62,000 nucleotides of DNA. It comes from Chiloscyllium plagiosum (lineage: Eukaryota). The notes beneath the pieces were generated by a model. It ran no database searches. It saw only the letters and a program-made list of their open reading frames with translations, and had not been told where the DNA came from. Made by a program: the position numbers and the translations under genes. Of this stretch, positions 1-11,519 are shown piece by piece. Numbering within the stretch: the stretch's first letter is position 1; each line of letters opens with the position of its first letter. The stretch lies in assembly GCF_004010195.1 (NCBI RefSeq), contig NC_057753.1, positions 13,565,628 through 13,627,627 on the forward strand. Direction: 5' to 3'.

Positions 1-797
1 ACCAAAGTGGATAATCATACATTTATCCACATTAAACTGCGTCTGCCATGCATCTGCCCACTCACCTGACTTGTCCAGGTCACCCTGTAATCTCCTAACA
101 TCCTCATCACATTTCACCCTGCCGCCCAGCTTTGTATCATCAGCAAATTTGCTAATGTTATTGCTGATACCATCTTCTATGTCATTAACATATATTGTAA
201 AAAGCTGTGGTCCCAGCATGGATCCCTGCGGTACCCCACTGGTCACTGCATGCCTTTCCGAAATGGAGCCGTTTATCACTACTCTTTGTTTCCTATTAGC
301 CAACCAATTTTCAATCCAATCTAGTACTTTGCCCCCAATACCATGCGCTCTAATTTTACTCACTAACCTCCTGTGTGGGACTTTATCAAAAGCTTTCTGA
401 AAGTTCAGGTACACTACATCTACTGGATTTCCCTCGTCCAACTTCATAGTTACATCCTCAAACAATTCAAGAAGATTAGTCAAGCATGATTTCCCCTTCA
501 TAAATCCATGCTGACTCTGTCCTATCCTGTTACTACTATCCAGATGTGCCGTAATTTCATCCTTTATAATGGACTCCAGCATCTTTCCCACCACTGTGGT
601 CAGACTAACTGGTCTATAATTTCCTGCTTTCTCTCTCCCACCTTTCTTAAAAAGTGGTATAACATTAGCCACCCTCAGGAACCGACCCCGAATCTATTGA
701 ACTCTGGAAAATAATCACCAACGCAACCACGATTTCCTGACCCACCTCCTTCAGTACCCTGGGATGCAGACCATCAGGCCCCGGAGACTAATCAACC
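1..797 (-). mobile_element. CR1-type LINE ORF2 (reverse transcriptase) fragment
   Basis: Minus strand reads SPGPDGLHPRVLKEV ... SGVPQGSMLGPQLF ... WADAWQTQFNVDKC, typical CR1 RT motifs. Confidence 0.9.
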
Positions 798-859
798 TTC
801 GTGCCATGGTCTTCACATTTTCACCCTGTGTTATCTGTCAATTGTCTGAAAGTTGTGAT

Positions 860-2215
860 TTTTGTCTATCAAACATTCCACCAGAAAGCTACTGGCTCCT
901 ATTGCTACCTTCAGTGCAGCTCATCACACCCCACATCCTGCAAGGGCGCCATCTCATTCTTCCAATTCCTTTGTGTACGCCGCATCTGTGCCAACTTCCA
1001 AAACACCACTGGCTGACATGGTTTTCGTCTTCCATGACTGTGGTTTCCCACCCACTGTGTTTGAAAGGGCGCTCAAAACGCACCCAACCTATCACCCGTG
1101 CTTCCACCCTTGCCCCTTCCCATCACTCACAGCTTGATCGAGAGTCTCCTGTCCTCACTTTGCATTCCACCAGCCTCCACGTTCAAAAGATCACGCTCCA
1201 CCATTTTATGCAACTCGAGCAGCACACCATGACTGAATATATCTTGCCCTCAGTCCCCGGTCTGCATTTCACAGGCATTGTTTCTGGCCTGGCACCCTAG
1301 TCCATTCTACCACCATCAACATCACGTCCATGGTACCTTCCCATGTAACTGCAGAAGGTGCAACACCAGCCCCTTCACCTCATCCCTGCTCACCAACCAA
1401 GGGCCTAAGACAGTCTTTCCAAATGAAGCAGCATTACACCTATACCATCTCCAATCTTGTGGTATCGTATTCATCGGATCCAATGTTGTCTACTCTACAA
1501 TTGGAGAACCAAATGCAAATTGGGTGACTGCTTTGCTGAACACCTCTGCTCTGTGCACAAGCAGGACACTTGTCTGTACTCAGCATGCTGCAATGTTCCA
1601 GTGAATAACAATGCAGACAGGAGGAATAACAATGCAGACTGGGCGGCACGGTGGCACAGTGGTTAGCACTGCTGCCTCGCAGCGCCAGAGATCCGGGTTC
1701 AATTCCCGCCTCAGGCGACTGACTGTGTGGAGTTTGCACATTCTCCCCGTGTCTGCGTGGGTTTCCTCCGGGTGCTCCGGTTTCCTCCCACAGGCCAAAG
1801 ATGTGCAGGTCAGGTGAATTGGCCATGCTAAATTGCCCATAGTGTTAGGTAAGGGGTAAATGTAGGGGTAGGGGTATGGGTGGTTTGCGCTTCGGCGGGG
1901 CGGTGTGGACTTGTTGGGCCGAAGGGCCTGTTTCCACACTGTAAAGTAATCTAATCTAATCTAATCTCATCTTCAGGTTTGGCACTTTACAGCCTTCTGA
2001 ATTTAATATGGAATTCAATCCATGAATTGTGAACATTTCATTTACAGGTACTACCCCCAGCTCCCCACCCAAACTATACCATAAATGCTCTTGCCTCAAC
2101 ACTTTACTTCAGCTCTGATGAAGAGTTATCGAGACTCAAAATGTTAGTTTGCTCTTTTCCATGGACCCAGTCTAAACTGCTGTAATCTCCAGCATTTGTT
2201 GTTTTCAATACATAT
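860..2215 (+). mobile_element. Degenerate Penelope-like element 3' half (RT C-terminus, GIY-YIG endonuclease, pLTR), interrupted by a SINE
   Basis: Frameshifted peptides SSSHPTSCKGAISFFQFLCVRRIC, GTFPCNCRRCNT, KLGDCFAEHLCSV. After the SINE it resumes LIFRFGTLQPSEFNMEF, then a decayed hammerhead motif at 2115-2145. Confidence 0.8.
1641..1967 (+). mobile_element. HE1-like tRNA-derived SINE
   Basis: tRNA-like head (GTGGCACAGTGGTTAGC A-box, GGTTCAATTCC B-box), conserved core, LINE-like 3' tail, (TCTAA)n end. Confidence 0.95.
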
Positions 2216-2594
2216 TCCAGCAACTGAAGTAATTTGTTCCTGCATTGTGACAATGCTAATAATTTTTGCTCTGTCTGCAAATGAAATATCTTGAAAATAA
2301 ATCTACATCTTGATTAGATCACTGCTGAATGTTCTCAGCTCCATGGAGAATTAACTGATCTTCTGCTGTCTCTCCAGAACCAGAAATCCTGTCCTAATTT
2401 AATTTTTTCATGGAGTATGATTTTTTTTTGCTGCCCAGGCCATATTTATTCTGTATGTCTCAAGATTTTTTTTCACTCTCTCTTACTATGTAAGATTTGG
2501 CCATACTGCTCATAAACAAAGCTTTTCACTATATTAATGTGGTAATAAATAAATAAATCAATATTGTCCATCATTATTTGACTTGGAAGATGGA

Positions 2595-3010
2595 CAGAGA
2601 GAAAGAGGAGAGACACAGGTAGAGGGAGCGAAAAATAGGACAGAGAGAGATTCAATGTGACTGATCAATTGAAGCTGATGGATAAATTTTGTTTCTGGAA
2701 GAGATGATACATCTGGCCAGAGAAGGACACAACATTGTCAATGGGAAGAGAGATTTCAGAGAGAGAGCAAAACATAGTGTTGGTCTCTTTGTGAGAGAGT
2801 GCCTGACTGTGTGTGTGTGTGAGAGAGAGAGAGAGAACGAGAGGGAGATTGTCCATGTATGTGAGACAGAATATGTGGAGAGAGAGAGAGAGAGAGAGAC
2901 GAAGCATCTGTGTTTGTGTGTGCGTGAGAGAAAACAAATCAACAATCTGTGAGTGAGTGACAGTCTATGTGAGAGAATCCGTGGCTCTGAAAGAGAGAGT
3001 GTGTCTTTGA
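2595..3010. repeat. Degenerate (GA)n/(GT)n microsatellite field
   Basis: Interleaved GA and GT dinucleotide runs. Confidence 0.85.
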
Positions 3011-3176
3011 GATTGACAGTAAGAGTCTCCAAATACAGGAGGATTTTAGTTGATGTAATATCGTTAGATTTACCATTGAACTTTTCAATGGAAAGTTTGA
3101 ATATCCCCCTGTCAATTCATATTGTTTATCTGGAAATATCAGGAAGAATTATATTAAATATAATTCTTCAGCACTA

Positions 3177-3318
3177 ACCCTCCAACAGTGTCTGTTCACT
3201 CAACATCGACCCTTCGACAGGAAACACTCCCTCAGCCCCGACCCTCCGGCAGTGAGCACTCCCTCAGTATTAAGCCTCCTACAGCACCCGCTCCCTCAGC
3301 CCTGACCCTCTGACAGTG
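3177..3318. repeat. 32-bp minisatellite, about 4.4 diverged copies
   Basis: Units resembling ACCCTCCGACAGTGAGCACTCCCTCAGCACTG start at 3177, 3209, 3241, 3273, 3305. Confidence 0.75.
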
Positions 3319-4530
3319 CCCTCTCTCTTGGTATTCTGGCTGAGGATTGGTTCCCGTTTCCGTGTTGTACTCACTTGCACAGTGTTAGATCTCATAGTTA
3401 TCAATGAGAGTCTGAGCCCAGCAGAAGGTTTATGCAACCTTTATTACGAACCACACGTAAGTTGCAGCAGAGTAATAAGATGGGCAAACAGTTGCTAAGT
3501 GGGTTATTTTATACAGCTGAAGCTCAACACGCACACGCCACCCTTCCCCACACCCCGACCTCCCTTTGTTGCCTCTTGGTGAGCAGCACTGAGTTGTCCC
3601 TTTGTAACTATGCTTTAACCCGAAGGCAATACTGCTGCACTCAACAATTTCAATATATCTGCTGCATTAACTGCCAATTAACTGGATACTTGCACATCAC
3701 TTAAGGACCTTTTAAGTTCCTTGTTAACCTCATTGCAAAAAATACAAAAAAGTACTGAATTTTATTAATTCTTATGATATCAAAGTTATATGGTTACAAC
3801 TAACTGTTAGAATTCTTTAACTAACAAGTTATGAAGAGATTGATTAAATTATTCAAGGGAGATTAGTGTGAAGTGTTCTGGTCTATGTCTTATGTGTTAA
3901 TGACTGCAGCTGACCTTGAGTCAACAAAGCTACCCTTGTTTGACTTGTGAAGACAACTTTAAGCCACTATCTTCCCAAGCTCTCAAATTACTGTCAGCCA
4001 TGTTCTGCTGCATTGGCCATGGGCAGCCATTTTGTTCTGCTCAGTCAAAGGCAGACATCTTTGCACCTTCATTACGACTGGGTGAAAATCCTGGAAATCC
4101 TCAACCAACAACAGTGGGCGTTTTTCTTTTCTATTTGTTCGTGAGATGTGAGCATCACTGGCTGAGGCCTGGTTCCTCACTGGTGAATGGCGCTTTCTTG
4201 TTCCACATTCAATTTCTGACGATCATCTGTTTGTGATAAGTTGGGTGATGCGATCAGATCCTCCCTTTTATAATCCTGTGAAATTGATGTTAAACAAAAA
4301 TCAAGAGAGTTTGAGAGAACATCTCAAAAATACCCTGGCTTCTATGTGAAGGTACAATTAAGGGAGGGACTGAAGGATAGGTATTTTGTACACTTTCGAC
4401 CTGACGAGAACTTTGCAGGAACCTTTCAAGCACTCAGCTTCCACCAACATGAAGGAGCAGGACAGCTGCTGGACACATTCATGAGCCAGAATGGAAGGAA
4501 CTGCTGGTGAGGGAGATGAAGCGGGGTAGA

Positions 4531-4990
4531 CTTTTTTTTATTAACCCCCACACTACCACCTAAGTGCGGTAGTGCTTTTTTTCCCCCAGCACCCATGATG
4601 TGTGTGTGTGTGCAGGTGTGAGACACAGTGAAAGACACAAAGTGCACGAATCTTTATTCAAATTCCACCACCAGGAAGATAGGAAAACACCCGAGTGGCC
4701 AGTGACAAACACTGCCCTTCACATCAAAGCAGTGAAGGGGAGGGTAGGGACTAAATCAAAATAGAGTTGGAGGGAGAAAGAATGCACTCCACTCCCCGCG
4801 GCGCCCGCCTCTCCCTGAACAACTCCAGGGTGTTGGTCGACACCGCGTACTCCTTCTCCAAGGACACCCGGGCTCTAACGTAATCGCGGAAGAGGGACAG
4901 GCAGTCGGCCCTAACGACCCCCTCCACGGCTCGCTGCCTGGACCTGTTGGTGGCCAGTTAGGCCATGCCCAGGAGCAGACCCACGAGGAG
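4531..4990 (-). mobile_element. 5'-truncated Tx1-like LINE 3' end with target-site duplication
   Basis: Minus strand LLVGLLLGMA*LATNRSRQRAVEGVVRADCLSLFRDYVRARVSLEKEYAVSTNTLELFRERR, 3' UTR, A-tail; 13-bp TSD GAAGCGGGGTAGA at 4518-4530 and 4991-5003. Confidence 0.8.
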
Positions 4991-5153
4991 GAAGCGGGGT
5001 AGATAGATGCTCAGATGGAGCATGCCATTGGCAGAGACCAAATTAGCTGACTGGCTTGGTGCTGTGCTGCATAGTCAGTGATTCAGACATGTGTTTATTT
5101 CAGATTTTGTAACGGGCATGAAAACATTATTGACAGATCAGGATAAATTCTTC

Positions 5154-5299
5154 GAGGAGAAAGTGAGGACTGCAGATGGCTGGAGATCAGAGCAGAAAAT
5201 GCGTTGCTGGAAAAGCGCAGCGGGTCAGGCAGCATCCAAGGAGCAGGAGAATCGACGTTTCGGGCATGAGCCCTTCTTCAGGAATGAAGAAATTCCTGA
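5154..5299 (-). mobile_element. Short PLE pLTR-derived insertion with intact hammerhead core
   Basis: Minus strand CTGAAGA-A-GGGC-TCAT-GCCC-GAAAC-GTC; short inverted copy ATTCCTGAAG; 14-bp direct repeat AGATCAGGATAAAT at 5135-5148 and 5300-5313. Confidence 0.85.
5254..5281 (-). ncRNA. Minimal type I hammerhead ribozyme motif
   Basis: CUGAAGA core, 4-bp stem II, GAAA, palindromic ACGU stem III, GUC cleavage triplet. Confidence 0.75.
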
Positions 5300-5509
5300 A
5301 GATCAGGATAAATGTTCCTGAACAGCTTTTGCTGATCATTTCTCTGGGAATGAGCAGTCCCAAGCACAAAGAGCATTAGCCTTACTGGAAGCAAACTGGA
5401 GAGGTTGGCCAGTCCAGCAGATAGAAACCCTCTGAACCTACTACTTCACCCCACTCTCAAAACAAACATGGCTTAGTCCTGTGTGGGATTTTCCCCCACA
5501 TTTAAAATC

Positions 5510-5750
5510 AATTCATGGGATGTAGCATCAAAGTGTCGGTCAGCATTGACTATTCATCCCTAATTGTCCTCCTTGAGAAGGTGATGGTGAGCTGTCTTCT
5601 GCATCTACAGTCCTTGTGGTGTGGAGAAACCCACAATGCTGTGAGGGAGGAGTTCCAGAATTTTTGCCCAGCAACAGCCAGTATCGTTCCAAATGAGGAT
5701 GGTGTGTGCAACATGGAGAGTTTGCAGGTGATGATGGTCTCACAACTGTG
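5510..5750 (-). mobile_element. Old CR1/L2-group LINE 3' end
   Basis: Minus strand has a decayed AVAGQKFWNSS (WNSLP-like) RT C-terminus. Related copies at about 28830-28960, 33920-34245, 37150-37420, 55455-55545. Confidence 0.65.
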
Positions 5751-5779
5751 GCCCAGCAGCATAGGTGTTGTTCCTGATT

Positions 5780-6560
5780 AACAGCAGATCCAACTCTTGA
5801 ATTCACGAATGAATTTGCTGATCTTTCCACAGGTGTGATGACTGAGTGAATTCTTCCAGGAAATCAGAACACTTAAATGGCCTCTCCCTGGTTTGAACTC
5901 ACTGGTGTGCATGCATACTGGAGAACTGAGTGAATACGTTCCCACATGCCGACCAGCTGGATAGTTGGCCCCAGTGTGAGCTCACTGGTGTCTCAGTGTA
6001 TCCATTGAAATATTCACAGAGTTTCTTTCCAGATTCAGAGCAGGCAAATGCCCTTTCTCCAGTGGCAGCAGGCTGACCTTTCTGCAGGGCAAATGAGTCA
6101 GTGAATTCATTCCCACATTCAGAGCTGGTGAATGGCCTCTCCCTTCACGCAGTCCTCACATTTTTACAATTTTTTTTTCATGTGACGGGTATTGAAAGCT
6201 CAAGAATCAGCTGAAGCTCAACAATCAGCCGGTATGGTGTCTCCCTACTGTGAATAGTACAATGCCTTTTCTGGCTGTGTCATAGGTTAAAGGCTTTCCA
6301 TGTCAGTTCACTGGGGAGGCGGAGGATGGGGTTCATCTAAGTGCTTTTCCAGTGCAATAGATGTTTAAAACCTTTAATGTAGACAGAACAAATCGACATT
6401 TCTCCATCTGTGGTTATTCAAGTTCTGGTTAGTTTTGTGTCTTTCTGCACATGATGTCTGTTTTGAGATACGCATCTGCAAATCTTAACCCCCTAACATC
6501 CTGCAGAAGGAATTATAAAGTATTAAATTCAGATTAGAAATTCAGAAGATAATTCTAGTT
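5780..6560 (-). pseudogene. C2H2 zinc-finger pseudogene
   Basis: About 5 decayed fingers (ERPF-x-C-SE-C-G...HQ) with frameshifts, preceded by the cluster-typical 5' exon segment and splice acceptor near 6505. Confidence 0.8.
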
Positions 6561-6617
6561 TCTCTGGGAGTCTTTTTTTACCTTTCTCATCCCCCAAACC
6601 TGCAACGTGAAGATGCC

Positions 6618-6725
6618 AGAGTTGGATGGTGGTGGACAAAGCCAGAAGTCGCAGGACACAGGGTTATGGTCCAATAGGTTTATTTGAAATCACAGGCTTT
6701 CAGAGCGCTGGTCCTTCATCAGATA
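6618..6725 (-). mobile_element. PLE pLTR fragment (GGAGC-AGC-GCTCC hammerhead family), decayed
   Basis: Minus strand CTGATGAAGGACCAGCGCTCTGAAAGCC followed by family 3' sequence AAATAAACCTATTGGACCATAACC. Confidence 0.7.
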
Positions 6726-6931
6726 AAGTGAGTAACTCTGTAAACTTACACTCCACACTGTCTTATAACATTCTCACTCTGCGGTTCCTAATATACGCCC
6801 TGCCCATTCTCTGGAAAGTGTTGATAAAATGTTCAGTGCTCACCACTTCCTGTCGTGGACGGAATCTGCACCCTTTCTGGGATCACTCCATTTTCCTTCC
6901 GTTTTAACAACCCAAGATTTATTTTTTTTCA

Positions 6932-7800
6932 ATGGAAAGGAAGATAGCAGACAGATGCTTGATCAGATGGGCCAATGGGCTGAGGAGTGGTAGATGGAGT
7001 TTAATTTACATAAATGCGAGGTGTTGCATTTTGGAAAAGCAAATCTTAGCAGGACTCATACACTTAATGATAAGGTCCGAGGGAGTGTTGCTGAACAAAG
7101 AGACCTTGGAGTGCAGGTTCATAGCTCTTTGAAAGTAGAGACACAGGTAGATAGGATAGTGAAGAAGGAGTTTGGTATGCTTTCCTTTATTAGTCAGAGC
7201 ATTCAGTATAGGAGTTGGGAGGTCATGTTGCAGCTGTACAGAATGTTGGTTGGGCCAATTTTGGAATATTGCATATAATTCTGGTCTCCTTCCTATCGGA
7301 AGGATGTTGTAAAACTTGAAAGGGTTCAGAAAAGATTCACAAAGATATTGCCGAGGTTGGAGAATTTGAGCTACAGGGAGAGGTTGAATAGGCTGGGTCT
7401 GTTTTCCCTGGAGTGTCAGAGGCTGAGGAGTGACCTTATAGAGGTTTATAAAATCATGAAGGACATGGATAGGGTAAATAGAGAAGGTCTTTTCCCTGGG
7501 GTGGGGGAGTCCAGAACTAGAGGGGCATAGGTTTAGGGTGAGAGGAGAAAAATATAAAAGAGACCTAAGGGGCAACCTTTTCACACAGAGGGTGGTGTGG
7601 TATGGAATGAGCTGCCAGAGGATGTGGTGGAGGCTGGTACATTTACAACATTTAAAAGGTATCTGGTTGGGTATATGAATAGGAAGGGTTTGAAGGGATA
7701 TGGGCCAGGTACTGGCAGGTGGGACTAGATTGGGTTGGCATATCTGGTTGGCATGCCGGGTTGGACCGAAGGCTCTGTTCCATGCTGTACATCTCAATGA
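6932..7800 (+). mobile_element. CR1/HER1-type LINE 3' fragment
   Basis: MEFNLHKCEVLHFGK ... LSYRERLNRLGLFSLE ... WNELP, then 3' UTR ending GGTTGGACCGAAGG. Confidence 0.95.
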
Positions 7801-7930
7801 CTGTGTATTGAGAAGAGGATGGAGGTTCAGTCTGGGTGAAGCTCACTCTTCATTTAGAGGGAGGAGCAGTAGCAGCAGCTTCAGAAGATTATTGTCCCAT
7901 GTTCACTCACAGACAATAGGGGAGCTCTGA

Positions 7931-8247
7931 TTAGAAGACAGTATGGGGAAGGGGCTATTTGGCCCAACTAGTCCACACCAACCCTCTGAAGAGTAACCCA
8001 TTCAGACCCATTCCCCTACACTATGTTTACCTCAGACTAATGCACTCTGGGCAATTTTTAGCATAGCCAATTCACCTGACCTGCATACCTTCGGATTGTG
8101 GTAGGAAACCGGAGCACCCAGAGGAAACCCATGCAGACATGGGGAGAGTGTGCAAACTCCACATAGAAAGTCACCCGAGGCTGGAATCGAACCTGGGTCC
8201 CTGGTGCGGTGAGGCAGCAGTGCTAGCCACTGAGCCACTGTGCCACC
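7931..8247 (-). mobile_element. HE1-like SINE, older subfamily
   Basis: Reverse-complement SINE head, core and tail. Confidence 0.9.
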
Positions 8248-8254
8248 AAGCCAC

Positions 8255-8515
8255 TGTGATTGGCTCGAGATCCAAAGTGCCTCCAAACCTCCAGCTTTTC
8301 CCATTGGTCACATTACTGAAGATGACAGTGTTTGATGAAACATGGAATCAGGTGGGGCTCTTGGACTATAAACCCGTAACATTTGCAAACTTCAGTCAAT
8401 AGAAAAATAGGGTGCTGCCTTCCTAATCCAATCACAGAGTGGGGGCTGTTCTGGCAATGACTGGCTGGAAAATCAGAGTGCTTTTAATCTTCCTCCATTT
8501 CCCATTGGTCAATCT
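8255..8515 (-). promoter_or_regulatory. Decayed ZNF promoter module (paired CCAAT boxes), two tandem copies
   Basis: GATTGGCTCGAGATCC...CCTCCAG...CCCATTGG at about 8258-8307 and again at about 8457-8510; similar to 39147-39200 and 59052-59113. Confidence 0.5.
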
Positions 8516-9094
8516 CCAATATTTTGACAACTTGGCGGTAGAACTCAGACCCACATGGGGCCAACATTTGAATAGTCAACTAATGGTAACTCTTAGTGAA
8601 TGACTGGGACTCAGTAATCTAAATAATTTCAGTTTATTATGAAACAAACAAGTCTGTTGCCCGAAGGAAAATTGCAAGAAATCACAGGAGATTGTTGAGT
8701 TAAATTGAAGTCTTGGCTTCTCGCTTGGAACCAAAACTAGAACCAATGATCATCTCAAACAATTATAAACCTACAAATAAAAGGTTGAGTATCTATCAAG
8801 TAATAACACAAGAAATACCAAAATCTTACAGTCTCCTTAAATATCAGCTTTTCCCAGAATAAATCATTCTTTTAATTGTGAATATTAAGAAGGGGGCTAT
8901 CCTTTTAGCCAAACAAGGAAATATATCAAACTGTGATAGTAAAAGATGTCAGTGTCTATAAGAAAGACAGGAATAGGAACCAACATTTCCAAAATCTGCA
9001 CTCTCCTCGATTCACTTGGTAGCTGCCAATGAACATATTCCAACTTCCCTCCCAAGATTGGGCACAGAGGCAATAGCTGCAGTCTGAAGCTCAT

Positions 9095-9300
9095 CGTTTT
9101 CCAGTCACAGTGCAGTCTGCAGCTGACAGAACGGTTAATTATTTCACCTTTCAGATTAAAAGTTCAATGACATTCATATCCGATGGGTTGAGTGACTCCG
9201 TCAGATCTTCGCATCAAGCTTGTTTTGAGAGTTATGTCTGCAAATCCTGTCCTGCGTATTCAACAGTGCCCTGAGAAGGGAATTTGCCAAAGTCATCTCT
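9095..9300 (-). pseudogene. Relic of the ZNF 5' exon segment, no fingers downstream
   Basis: Minus strand TTCTCAG|...GATTTGCAGAC...AGATCTGACGGAGTCACTC...TGAATGTCAT...GTTCTGTC...GTGACTGGAAAA matches the segment upstream of the finger arrays. Confidence 0.6.
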
Positions 9301-9476
9301 AGAAGTGGAGGTGATAGATTATTTCAAAATTATTGGATGGTGTACTTAAAGGAAATAAACTTGCAATGCCATCAGTCTTTAGAGGGTGGATGAGACTAAT
9401 TCCTTCTAAATTTACTGCCCCATAAATCCTGACCATCTCTGATAGAAATAATATGATTGTGAACATTTATAAAGAG

Positions 9477-9640
9477 CCATGATGAGGAGGTGTTGGTGTA
9501 GGACTGGTGGACCAAATTAAAAATCACACAACACCAGGATATAGTCCAAAAGGAAACTAGCTACCTGACAAAGGCCTTTGAAGGCCACTACTTCCAAATA
9601 AACCAGCTGGACTATAACCTAGTGTTGTGTGATTTTTAAG
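9477..9640. mobile_element. Fold-back PLE pLTR fragment
   Basis: Arms TTAAAAATCACACAACACCAGGATATAGTCCA / TGGACTATAACCTAGTGTTGTGTGATTTTTAA; TTTATAAAGAG repeated at 9466-9476 and 9641-9651. Confidence 0.75.
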
Positions 9641-9769
9641 TTTATAAAGAGGCCACAGGTTTTCAGCAGGTTTTCAGCAAATAAATGTGTGTGGCTGAGA
9701 GAGCAATAATGACAATAAATGTAAGAGGGTGTTCCCTCACCTCATTCACTTCCTGTACCTGTGGTCTCT

Positions 9770-9885
9770 TTATAAAAAGCCATGATGAGGAGGTGCTGGT
9801 GTTGGATTGGGGTGGACAAAGTTAAAAATCACACGACACCAGGTTATAGTCCAACAGGCCACTAGCTACCTGATGATGGACTACC
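9770..9885. mobile_element. Second copy of the PLE pLTR fragment with the same left flank
   Basis: TTTATAAAAAGCCATGATGAGGAGGTG...AAAAATCACACGACACCAGG...CTAGCTACCTGA parallels 9466-9570. Confidence 0.7.
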
Positions 9886-9934
9886 TTCAGTGGCTGTAAG
9901 TGAATGATTTTCTCCCTCTCCCTCCCTCCCAGGT

Positions 9935-10900
9935 CAGAGAGTCATAGAGTCATACAAATGTTCAGCCTTCGGTCCAACACGTATATGCCGACCAGATATC
10001 CCAACCCAATCTAGTCCCACCTGCCAGCACCCGGCCCATATCCCTCCAAACCCTTCCTATTCATATGCCCATCTAAATGCCTCTTAAATGTTGCAATTGT
10101 ACCAGCCTCCACCACTTCCTCTGGCAGCTCATTCCATACATGTACTACCCTCTGCGTGAAAAAGTTGCCCCTGAGGTCTCTTTTATATTTGTCCCCTCTC
10201 ACCATAAACCTATGCCCTCTAGTTCTGGACTCCCCGACCCCAGGGAAAAGACTTTGTCTATTTATCCTATCCATGCCCCTCATAATTTTGTAAACCTCCA
10301 TAAGGTCACCCCTCAGCCTCCGACGCTCCAGGGAAGACAGCCCCAGCCTGTTCAGCCTCTCCCTGTAGCTCAAATTCTCCAACCCTGGCAATATCTTTGT
10401 GAATCTTTTCTGAACCTGTTCAATTTTCACAACATCTTTCTGATAGGAAGGATACCAGAATTGCATGCAATATTCCAACAGTGGCCTAACCAATGTCCTG
10501 TACAGCCGCAACATGACCTCCCAACTCCTGTACTCAATACTCTGACCAATAAAAGAAAGCATACCAAATGCCGCCTTCACTATCCTATCTACCTGCGACT
10601 CCACTTTCAAGGAGCTATGAATCTGCACTCCAAGGTCTCTTTGTTCAGCCTTATCATTAAGTGTATAAGTCCCGCTAAGATTTGCTTTCCCAAAATGCAG
10701 CACCTCGCATTTATCTGAATTGAACTCCATCTGCCACTTCTCAGCCCATTGGCCCATCTGGTCCAGATCCTGTTGTAATCTGAGGTAACCCTCTTCGCTG
10801 TCCACTACACCTCCAATTTTGGTGTAATCTGCAAACTAACTAATTGTACCTCTTATGCTCGCATCCAAATCATTTATGTAAATGATAAAAAGTAGAGGGC
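9935..10900 (-). mobile_element. CR1/HER1-type LINE 3' fragment, young
   Basis: Open 264-aa RT C-terminal frame (10011-10805); 3' UTR with CTCTATGA-type tail. Confidence 0.95.
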
Positions 10901-11519
10901 TGGAGCACACCGGGGGTCTAAGATTTCCTGTCATGACTTCTCTTTAAATTAAGCTCGTTACTCTCTTTGCACAGAATTCAATAGAGCCAGTGATCTTCCT
11001 TCATTTTAAAAAATTCTAATATAATCAAAACTTCTACCTGTACTTTAGCTGATATATTATACTTGATAAACTCTGTAGAAAATAATCTCACAATATTACC
11101 TACCAACTGATTGTTTCAACTGGGCCAGTGTCACTTTCTAAACTTCACAGACTGAGGGCACTGCATTCAATCTTTCAGTTCGACCTTCTCTATGTCTCAC
11201 TCACTATCTGTTTCCACCCAACTCTCATTGTGCAATGCAGCACTCACAGTGCAGCCTTATTACTTTAATTGTCTTGTCACACCCATTCTGACCCAAGACT
11301 CCTGTACTGTTCCAATGCAGCTCAATGGGAGCTCAGGGAACAGCATCTCATCTTTCAGTTCAGCACTTCATAATGCTTAGGACTCAAAGATCTGTACCGT
11401 TCCACCTGAAAGGGAGTAGGAACATAAGTCCATAAGGAATTTTACAAGCAAGTGTGCAGGTGTTTGAGAATGAGGGATTTAAAGGTTAAAATTATGAAGT
11501 GGGTACAAAACTGGGACAA

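Noticed and set aside
1641..1715. tRNA gene at SINE heads (also all other SINE copies)
   Set aside because: A and B boxes continue into the SINE core and tail; these are tRNA-derived SINE heads, not tRNA genes
1440..1939. Recurring ORFs such as MCKLHTVSRLRRELNPG and MANSPDLHIFG
   Set aside because: Translations of SINE sequence, repeated at every copy
3177..3318. CRISPR-like array (32-bp periodicity; also the 41-43 bp units at 15327-15428)
   Set aside because: Head-to-tail diverged units without unique spacers, no cas genes, eukaryotic context
7006..7797. 263-aa minus ORF (and similar at 10077, 12198, 52849)
   Set aside because: Antisense shadow frames of CR1 RT sequence
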